The translations under genes were made by a program, and so were the position numbers. Shown piece after piece: positions 8,694 through 15,360 of a stretch of DNA of 26,108 nt. Every line of letters starts with the position of its first letter. Positions within the stretch are counted from its first letter, which is position 1. The notes under the pieces are model-generated. The model made no database searches, was not told where the DNA came from, and saw only the letters and a list, made by a program, of their open reading frames with translations. Source of the DNA: Thainema sp. (GTDB taxonomy: Bacteria; Cyanobacteriota; Cyanobacteriia; Phormidesmidales; Phormidesmidaceae); assembly GCA_052168235.1 (NCBI GenBank), contig JBQLZK010000078.1:1-26108 (forward strand). Direction: 5' to 3'.

Positions 8694-9420
8694 ATAGCGC
8701 CTGAATCATCTCCGAGGACACCGACTCAGATGGCGCATCAAAGACAATTTCGCCTTGCCGAAGACCAACCATCCGCTGGCAGTGGCTAAAGGCAAATTCA
8801 ATGTCGTGCAGGCTGATAACCAGCGTTTTATTTGTGGTTTCGCACAGATGACGCAGCAAATCCATCAGATCCCGCGATCGTTCTGGGTCAAGACTGGCGA
8901 TCGGCTCATCGGCCAAAATAATTGCCGGATCTTGGACGAGTACTCGCGCCAGCGCCACCCGCTGCTGCTGACCACCGGAAAGCTGATCGGTGCGAGCATA
9001 GAGCTTTTCCGGAATACCCACCTGGGCCAGTGCGTGACTGGCTGTTTTCACATTTAACGGTCGAATCAGCGACCAGGCCGCCTGCCCAATCGACCAGCGG
9101 CCCAAATTTCCAGCGTTGACGTTGTGGATCACCCGCAGATTCGGCACCAGATGATGCTGTTGATAAATCGTGCCAATCTGCCGCTGCAGCCGTCGCCGCT
9201 GCTGTCCAGTCGCCACCGAAAACGCCTGACCAAACGCCCACACTTCGCCCGCAGTCGGACATAGCGAACCATTCATCAAGCTCAGCAAGGTACTTTTCCC
9301 CGCCCCACTGGAACCAACCAAGGCGACTCGCTCTCCCGGCTGGATCGTTAAATTAATATCCGATAGCGCTTGAAAATCACCAAATCGCTGCTGAATATTC
9401 TGGAGCTGCAAAATTGGCAT
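8680..9420 (-). CDS. phnC: PhnC-like ABC transporter ATP-binding protein (phosphonate/phosphite/selenate-type family); no permease or binding protein in window
   Basis: Walker A GSSGAGKST, LSGGQQQRVALAR, ILADEPIASLDP, SLHD; starts 1 bp after the aroF stop. Confidence 0.8.
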   Translation of the reverse strand: MPILQLQNIQQRFGDFQALSDINLTIQPGERVALVGSSGAGKSTLLSLMNGSLCPTAGEVWAFGQAFSVATGQQRRRLQRQIGTIYQQHHLVPNLRVIHNVNAGNLGRWSIGQAAWSLIRPLNVKTASHALAQVGIPEKLYARTDQLSGGQQQRVALARVLVQDPAIILADEPIASLDPERSRDLMDLLRHLCETTNKTLVISLHDIEFAFSHCQRMVGLRQGEIVFDAPSESVSSEMIQALYQLV

Positions 9421-9421
9421 T

Positions 9422-10279
9422 CTAACTCACCTTCGATAACTGCCGCTGCGGCACCGCATGAATCGGTACCCGTCGTCCCACTGCCTGAGCCACGGGCACC
9501 AAACTCTGCACCAGCTCCACCATCTCGTCTAGCGATAGCGCCTGCCGCGCATCGGAAACGGACTTCTCGGGTTCCGGATGACATTCAATTAGTAAACCAT
9601 CTGCTCCAGCTGCGATCGCGGCTCGTGACAAACCCGCTACTAACTCCCGCTTGCCTGCCGCATGGCTGGGATCAACCAGTACGGGCAAGTGTGTTAACTG
9701 CTTCAGCGCCACCACTGCGCCTAAATCCAGCACGTTACGAGTGAATGAGTCGAAGCTGCGAATGCCCCGCTCACACAGCACAACCTGGCTGTTGCCGTGG
9801 CTGAGGATATATTCTGCCGCCATCACGAATTCTTCAATCGTGGCAGCCAGTCCCCGCTTCAGCAAAACGGGCTTGTTTGCTTGACCGACCGCTTTTAGCA
9901 AATCGAAATTCTGCATATTGCGGCTACCGATTTGCAGCATGTCCGCACTATCTGCGATCGCATCAATCTGCGAAATCGCCATCACTTCAGTGATCACGGG
10001 TAAACCGTAGGTTTTGCTCACCTGGGCCAAAATATCGAGTCCGGTTTGGCCTAGACCCTGGAACGAGTAGGGCGACGTGCGCGGTTTGAATGCACCACCA
10101 CGCAGTGCCTGCACCGATCCGGTCAGATGATGCGCCACCGCTTCCATTTGCTCCAGATTTTCGACGGTACAGGGGCCACCGACAATGAATAGATCCTGGT
10201 CGCCAATCGTGGCTCCGGGCAGCGTGACGACGGTTTCGTGATCGGCGTGGGATTTAGAGGCGAGTTCAGCGTGAACCAT
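9422..10279 (-). CDS. aroF: 3-deoxy-7-phosphoheptulonate (DAHP) synthase, class I-beta, short form without N-terminal regulatory domain
   Basis: GGPCTVE, RGGAFKPRTSPYSFQG, QIGSRNMQNF, LLKRG, CERGIR, DPSHAAG; SD AGGAG 7 nt upstream of the ATG. Confidence 0.95.
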   Translation of the reverse strand: MVHAELASKSHADHETVVTLPGATIGDQDLFIVGGPCTVENLEQMEAVAHHLTGSVQALRGGAFKPRTSPYSFQGLGQTGLDILAQVSKTYGLPVITEVMAISQIDAIADSADMLQIGSRNMQNFDLLKAVGQANKPVLLKRGLAATIEEFVMAAEYILSHGNSQVVLCERGIRSFDSFTRNVLDLGAVVALKQLTHLPVLVDPSHAAGKRELVAGLSRAAIAAGADGLLIECHPEPEKSVSDARQALSLDEMVELVQSLVPVAQAVGRRVPIHAVPQRQLSKVS

Positions 10280-10286
10280 TGTATTT

Positions 10287-10291
10287 CTCCT
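10287..10291 (-). promoter_or_regulatory. Shine-Dalgarno sequence of aroF
   Basis: Minus strand reads CT-AGGAG-AAATACA-ATG. Confidence 0.75.
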
Positions 10292-10336
10292 AGTTTCCTG
10301 ATACTTGGGCGTTATAACTTGGGCGTTTGCGTAATT

Positions 10337-10366
10337 AAAAAGCCCGCCACCTTAGAGGCACCGGGC
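10337..10366 (-). terminator. Attenuator terminator 2 (proximal to aroF)
   Basis: Minus strand GCCCG-GTGCC-TCTAA-GGTGG-CGGGC-TTTTT: 5-bp GC base stem, imperfect upper stem, U5 tract. Confidence 0.65.
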
Positions 10367-10389
10367 AGAGGTCGAGAATTGTCGCACCA

Positions 10390-10455
10390 TCAACTTACCC
10401 GGAGGATTGGCCGGAAAAAATAAAAGCTATAAAACCATCGAGCGCTGGCAATCAT
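10390..10455 (-). CDS. Aromatic-rich leader peptide 2, MIASARWFYSFYFFRPILRVS (21 aa)
   Basis: ATG ATT GCC AGC GCT CGA TGG TTT TAT AGC TTT TAT TTT TTC CGG CCA ATC CTC CGG GTA AGT TGA; 7 aromatic codons within 8 positions; followed by antiterminator and terminator. Confidence 0.75.
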   Translation of the reverse strand: MIASARWFYSFYFFRPILRVS

Positions 10456-10517
10456 AACGGGTAGGTTGAGGGTGACTGTTGATGTTGACAATTGAATAAC
10501 GAGTGAAAATGAGCAAT

Positions 10518-10546
10518 AAAAAAACCGCAGAGCCTTGTCTGCGGTT
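10518..10546 (-). terminator. Attenuator terminator 1 (distal)
   Basis: Minus strand AACCGCAGA-CAAGGC-TCTGCGGTT-TTTTT: perfect 9-bp stem running into a U7 tract. Confidence 0.85.
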
Positions 10547-10574
10547 CACTGAAAGTTTCCATCACAACGTGGAT

Positions 10575-10628
10575 TCACTTCCAGTGAACCTTGATAAACC
10601 AAAAATAAAAGCTTGAGCTGTATAGCAT
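10575..10628 (-). CDS. Aromatic-rich leader peptide 1, MLYSSSFYFWFIKVHWK (17 aa)
   Basis: ATG CTA TAC AGC TCA AGC TTT TAT TTT TGG TTT ATC AAG GTT CAC TGG AAG TGA; five consecutive aromatic codons FYFWF; its 3' end is the 5' arm of a 14-bp antiterminator. Confidence 0.8.
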   Translation of the reverse strand: MLYSSSFYFWFIKVHWK

Positions 10629-10684
10629 GGCTTGAAGCTGCCGGGAGTCCCGGTCGCGTGTTGTGAATGGATTTCTATTTGTCA

Positions 10685-10713
10685 ACGCTAACAGGGGAAA
10701 ATCCTGCCGTCAA
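10685..10713 (-). promoter_or_regulatory. Predicted sigma70-type promoter for the leader-aroF-phnC transcript
   Basis: TTGACG (-35; 10713-10708), 17-nt spacer ending TGT (extended -10), TAGCGT (-10; 10690-10685); predicted TSS near 10678. Confidence 0.6.
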
Positions 10714-10782
10714 GTACCTATTCGGGTGATGGGGCCAAAATCACGCCCAAAGGTCATCAAATCTAGTTTTTTATACACCACT

Positions 10783-10810
10783 GTAGGGGCGAATGGCCAT
10801 TCGCCCCTAC
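10783..10810. repeat. GTAG-type REP-like perfect palindrome
   Basis: GTAGGGGCGAATGG-CCATTCGCCCCTAC, 28-bp perfect inverted repeat 25 bp downstream of the ridA stop. Confidence 0.8.
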
Positions 10811-10835
10811 GGAATCTGCATTGATGACAAAAGTG

Positions 10836-11231
10836 TTAATTAGAAATCACCGCAATACACTCAATCTCGACTAGAACATCTTTGGGCAAACGCGCCACCT
10901 CTACGCAGGCGCGAGCGGGAGCCTGTTCATCACCAAAATGCTCTGCGTAGACGGCATTCATCGCCGCAAAGTCGTTCATATCCTTCAAGAACACACTGGT
11001 TTTCACCACGTCGTCGAGACTTGCTCCGGCTGCGTTCAAGATGGCCGTCAAATTTGCGATCGCTTGCTGCGTTTGCTGCTGAATATCCCCTTCGCCCACA
11101 ATTGTGTTCGTCACTGGATCTAAGGGAATCTGCCCCGCCACAAACAGCATCTGACCGGAAGCTGCGATCGCTTGATTGTATGGCCCCACCGGAGCCGGAG
11201 CCTGATCGGTTCGAATGACATGACGTGACAT
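10836..11231 (-). CDS. ridA: RidA/YjgF/UK114 family reactive-intermediate deaminase (ATG 11231 preferred to the ORF-track start 11246)
   Basis: [47 protein letters not shown]. Confidence 0.92.
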   Translation of the reverse strand: MSRHVIRTDQAPAPVGPYNQAIAASGQMLFVAGQIPLDPVTNTIVGEGDIQQQTQQAIANLTAILNAAGASLDDVVKTSVFLKDMNDFAAMNAVYAEHFGDEQAPARACVEVARLPKDVLVEIECIAVISN

Positions 11232-11282
11232 TAATCTATTCCTCACCCAAATTACTCGTGCATCGCTAAATCACGTAACCAG

Positions 11283-11372
11283 TAGACTTTATTGGAAATT
11301 GTTTTGTAGCGCGGCGGAGCCGCGCTACAAAACAATTTCCAACCCCAAAAACTTTATTTCCAATAAAGTCTA
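11283..11372. mobile_element. Putative 90-bp MITE / small dispersed repeat with 17-bp terminal inverted repeats and an internal 24-bp perfect hairpin
   Basis: TAGACTTTATTGGAAAT (11283-11299) / ATTTCCAATAAAGTCTA (11356-11372); inner arms 11292-11315 and 11319-11342 with GGA loop; begins and ends with TA. Confidence 0.65.
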
Positions 11373-11419
11373 GTGTAAATCTTACGTTGACCAGAGCCGA
11401 GCGTCTAGAACCGCTCAGT

Positions 11420-11848
11420 TTACAGGCGCGGACGCAACCCATAGCTCCGATAGGTCAAATAATCCCGCAACACTTGGTCGTGATCAAAACAAAGATTCTG
11501 AGGAATTTGCCACATATCAAATACCTCCAGGTGCTTAGCGTCATCTGCGGCTTGAGGAGTACCCGTAGCCGTGGCGATGAAGACTAGACTGATCGTGTGC
11601 TGACGCGGATCACGGTCGGGATCAGAATAAACGTGAAACTGCTCAACCAAGCTGACCTCTAGTCCTGTCTCTTCTTGAGCTTCGCGGCTCGCTGCGGTTT
11701 CCATCGATTCCCCATAGTCTACAAAACCACCCGGAATTGCCCATCCATAGGGTGGATTTTTGCGCTCAATTAAGACAATCGGACGATGAGGCCGATCCAC
11801 AAGTTCGATGATGATATCAACGGTTGGACTGGGATTTCGATGAGTCAT
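11420..11848 (-). CDS. NUDIX hydrolase (ADP-ribose pyrophosphatase-like)
   Basis: Nudix box [31 protein letters not shown] and FDH motifs. Confidence 0.92.
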   Translation of the reverse strand: MTHRNPSPTVDIIIELVDRPHRPIVLIERKNPPYGWAIPGGFVDYGESMETAASREAQEETGLEVSLVEQFHVYSDPDRDPRQHTISLVFIATATGTPQAADDAKHLEVFDMWQIPQNLCFDHDQVLRDYLTYRSYGLRPRL

Positions 11849-12029
11849 AAACGCGATGAATTTGGAAAAAACACTAAAGTTGGCATCTCATTAAGCTTAT
11901 CGAACAAGTTGTTGAGAACCTTCTGCCAAAGATGATCCCATCGCAACTTTACTTCTAGACTGATCGTGATAGAGTCTAGGCAACTTAAGGCTTTACCCAA
12001 CTGATTGCTGTTCACTAGTTTGTCTTTTT

Positions 12030-13541
12030 ATGGATCTTTCTCGTTCTTGCGGAGTTCTACTACACCCCACCTCCTTTCCCAGCCGATTTGGCATTGGTGA
12101 CCTGGGGGAAGCCGCCTATCGCTTCGTTGATTTCTTAGCGGAAACTGGACAGCAGCTTTGGCAAGTTCTGCCACTGGGTCCGACCGGATACGGGAACTCG
12201 CCTTATTTGTCATACTCCTCAATGGCGGGAAATCCAGTCTTGATTAGCCCAGATGTGCTGATTGGACATGGTTTGTTAAATCATGATGATTTGACCGATG
12301 CGCCAGGGTTTCCGACTGACCATGTGGATTACGATAAAGCGATTCGCTACAAAATGACTCTGCTGGAGAAAGCGGCTGAGCGATTCAAGCATCAACCCAA
12401 TCCAGAAGCGCACCAAGCCTTCGCCAAATTTTGTGAAGACCACGACTTCTGGCTGAATGAATATGCGTTTTACATGGCGCTCAAGCAAGCCCATGGTGGC
12501 AGCAGTTGGTATGAATGGGAAGACGGTTTAGCCCGCCGGGATCCAGAGGTTATGCAGCAGTGGCAAGTAAAGCTATCTGGTGAAATTCTCTATCACAAGT
12601 TTCTCCAGTTTGAATTCTTCCGCCAGTGGGTCAACCTCAAGATCTACGCTAATGATCGCGGCATTGCCATTATTGGTGATATGCCCTTTTATGTCGCGCA
12701 TGACAGCGTTGATGTTTGGGCCTTTCCACACAACTTCTTACTTGATCCAGAAACGCTGCAGCCGTCCAAGATTGCCGGTGTTCCACCCGATTACTTCAGT
12801 GAAACGGGCCAACTGTGGGGTAATCCGGTCTACGACTGGGATGCATTACGAGAGCGAGATTTTCGCTGGTGGCTCCAGCGGCTCCACGCGATGCTCGACT
12901 ATGTTGACCTAATTCGGATTGATCATTTCCGAGGCTTTGAAGCCTATTGGGCTGTTCCGGGCGGTGAAGACACGGCTATCAACGGTGAATGGGTCAAATC
13001 CCCTGGAAAAGAGTTCTTTAAGGCGGTGCGAGCCGAGTTGCACAGCCTACCCATTCTGGCAGAGGATTTGGGATTGATTACGCCAGAGGTAGAAGAACTG
13101 CGGGATATGTTTGACTTCCCAGGCATGAAAATTCTCCATTTTGCCTTTGGCTCTGGCCCCGGAAATCCATACCTCCCGTTCAACTACGTCCGCAACTGTA
13201 TGGTCTACACCGGCACCCACGATAACGACACAACTGTAGGTTGGTGGGAAAAACTGTCTGAGCATGAAAAAGGCGGTGCTCTGGCCTATTTGGGCGCAAT
13301 CAGTCCAGAAGGAATTCAATGGGATTTGATTCGACTGGCTTTTAGTTCAATTGCCGATTATGCCATTGTGCCGCTCCAGGATTTACTAGGATTGGGTTCA
13401 GAAGCCCGCATGAATACCCCTGGCCGCGCAGAAGGCAACTGGTCTTGGCGCTATCGAGCTGAAGATTTGACTGAAGAACTGCGCGATCGCATGCGTAACC
13501 TGACCGTTACCTATGGTCGGGCACCGTCTCACTGGTATTAA
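12030..13541 (+). CDS. malQ: 4-alpha-glucanotransferase (amylomaltase, GH77)
   Basis: GVLLHPTS, WQVLPLGPT, GVPPDYFSETGQLWGNP, RIDHFRGF, AEDLG, YTGTHDNDT, RMNTPG. Confidence 0.96.
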   Translation: MDLSRSCGVLLHPTSFPSRFGIGDLGEAAYRFVDFLAETGQQLWQVLPLGPTGYGNSPYLSYSSMAGNPVLISPDVLIGHGLLNHDDLTDAPGFPTDHVDYDKAIRYKMTLLEKAAERFKHQPNPEAHQAFAKFCEDHDFWLNEYAFYMALKQAHGGSSWYEWEDGLARRDPEVMQQWQVKLSGEILYHKFLQFEFFRQWVNLKIYANDRGIAIIGDMPFYVAHDSVDVWAFPHNFLLDPETLQPSKIAGVPPDYFSETGQLWGNPVYDWDALRERDFRWWLQRLHAMLDYVDLIRIDHFRGFEAYWAVPGGEDTAINGEWVKSPGKEFFKAVRAELHSLPILAEDLGLITPEVEELRDMFDFPGMKILHFAFGSGPGNPYLPFNYVRNCMVYTGTHDNDTTVGWWEKLSEHEKGGALAYLGAISPEGIQWDLIRLAFSSIADYAIVPLQDLLGLGSEARMNTPGRAEGNWSWRYRAEDLTEELRDRMRNLTVTYGRAPSHWY

Positions 13542-13674
13542 TGGCAGGATTCGCCGCATTTGGCGTTATATGAGCGTGGGATCAGTTTTTTCGGGTGCAG
13601 GGATTGGGCTTGGAAGATACACTTGAAATTACCCAAACTGTCCATCTTATTGACTGCTCTATCCTCATCTATAC

Positions 13675-15360
13675 ATGCCAGCTAGCGCCAATTTTGTTGC
13701 CTTATGCCAAGCTCAGTTGAATCTCCTAGTCGATGGACTGGGAGCGGCGGCTAGCGCTGTTTATTTGGCAGAAGAAACCGCCACGGGTCAGGACATGGAA
13801 CTGACACCCGTGGCTAGCTATCCAGCGGACGCACTGCAAACATTGCGATCGCACAATGAATCGTTATTTACTCCCCAGCTACCGGATGCGGCGAATCAGC
13901 CACTACCCAGCTATGGCTATCTAGCAGAATCGGCAACAGCAAAGCAGGTAGAGGAGTTTCCCAGACGCGATCGCACAACAGAGCGCATCACAGAACTTGC
14001 GCCTGAGGCGGAAACTCGCGATCAGCACCGGTCATCCTACTCAGCTCAGTCTGAAACTGCTGAGGGGCCAAGAACTGTTAATCCATTTACCGACTCATTT
14101 GCAACCTCAGATGCTGACTTTGAATCCACCGTTGAAGCTAGGGTCGAAGCCGATAGCTGTCCGCTGCCGCTGATTAATCAGGTGGTCATTCCACTGATTC
14201 ATGATGAGTTAGTGATGGGTATTTTGGTCGCTGCTCGCCCGGAGCAAACCTGGAGCGCATCCGAAAAGAAACAGCTCAATCACATTGCCGATACGCTGGC
14301 TATTGCCTGCATTATGGATCGGCAGGAACACTGGATGCAGGACTACAGCCAGGTTCAATACCAGCGCGAGGTGCAACAACATGAAGTTGCCCACGATTTT
14401 CTACATCAGTTCCGCAATCCGCTGACAGCTATTCGGACGTTTGGCAAGCTCTTGCTCAGGCGGATGCAAGCGGATGATGCCAATCATTCCGTCGCTGAAG
14501 GGATCGTGCGGGAAAGCGATCACCTCAGGGATTTGTTTGAAGAATTTCGCCAGGTCGTCGATCAAGAGCATGAAGACTGGCTGAAACAAAATCTACCCCG
14601 GCGGAACCAAACCTCTGCCCTGCCCGCTGCGGACTCAGCGGCATGGGTCTCGGCGGCATCCAACACTGCTTCTCCAGAGCGAGCCGCTGCACCAGATCAG
14701 CCACCGTTAGCTTCGCTTCATTTATTGCCGCCCAGTCCCTCTCGCCTACATCCCAGCCTGTGCTCGTTGATGGATGTGATTGACCCGCTGCTGGTGACTG
14801 GATCTGCGATCGCACAAGAACGCAATCTAGACTTCTGGACAGAATTGCCCAATACCGATCCCGTTGTCTGGGCGGATGCCAAAGCGCTGCGGGAAATTCT
14901 AGGCAACATTCTCGACAATGCACTGAAGTATGCGACACCAGATGCGGCCATCCTGATCCAAATTCCGCCGCTGTCAGCCATTTCATCCATGACAAAGCCA
15001 GCTGGTGACGACGCAACGCACATTGCCGATCAGCTCCAGCAACAGCAGCAGGCCATCCTCATTGCCGATACGGGGCCAGGAATTCCCGTTTCGGATCTAG
15101 AGCATGTGTTTGAACGGCATTATCGAGGGGTTCAAACCCAAACAGATATCCCCGGCACAGGGTTAGGACTTGCGATCGCGCATGAGCTGATTGAGCAAAT
15201 GCAGGGCGCGATCCAGGTTTATAGTCCCTTATCGGCTTGCCCAATTCAATCCCAGCGCTTCCGTCAACTTGCAGCCTCGACAACACCAGAGTATCCCGGT
15301 ACGGCCTTTGTCGTTTGGCTTTCAACAATGGCACCCCAACCTGCGGTTTACGGTGTATAG
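13675..15360 (+). CDS. hik2: GAF-domain sensor histidine kinase, Hik2 / chloroplast sensor kinase (CSK) family
   Basis: N-terminal FVALCQAQ...LGAAASAVYL, H-box HQFRNPLTAIRTFGKLLLRR, N-box NILDNALKY, DTGPGI, FERHYRG, GTGLGLAI. Confidence 0.85.
   Translation: MPASANFVALCQAQLNLLVDGLGAAASAVYLAEETATGQDMELTPVASYPADALQTLRSHNESLFTPQLPDAANQPLPSYGYLAESATAKQVEEFPRRDRTTERITELAPEAETRDQHRSSYSAQSETAEGPRTVNPFTDSFATSDADFESTVEARVEADSCPLPLINQVVIPLIHDELVMGILVAARPEQTWSASEKKQLNHIADTLAIACIMDRQEHWMQDYSQVQYQREVQQHEVAHDFLHQFRNPLTAIRTFGKLLLRRMQADDANHSVAEGIVRESDHLRDLFEEFRQVVDQEHEDWLKQNLPRRNQTSALPAADSAAWVSAASNTASPERAAAPDQPPLASLHLLPPSPSRLHPSLCSLMDVIDPLLVTGSAIAQERNLDFWTELPNTDPVVWADAKALREILGNILDNALKYATPDAAILIQIPPLSAISSMTKPAGDDATHIADQLQQQQQAILIADTGPGIPVSDLEHVFERHYRGVQTQTDIPGTGLGLAIAHELIEQMQGAIQVYSPLSACPIQSQRFRQLAASTTPEYPGTAFVVWLSTMAPQPAVYGV

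Noticed and set aside
10238..10423. 61-aa plus-strand ORF over the aroF leader
   Set aside because: Antisense to aroF and attenuator 2, no motif; the minus-strand features explain the region.
10337..10680. T-box riboswitch as an alternative explanation of the aroF leader
   Set aside because: No T-box consensus (UGGnACC in an antiterminator bulge) or stem I motifs seen; aromatic-rich ORFs overlapping the antiterminators fit ribosome-mediated attenuation better.
11584..11968. 14-bp repeat CTAGACTGATCGTG at 11584 and 11955
   Set aside because: About one such match is expected by chance in 26 kb; one copy is inside a CDS.
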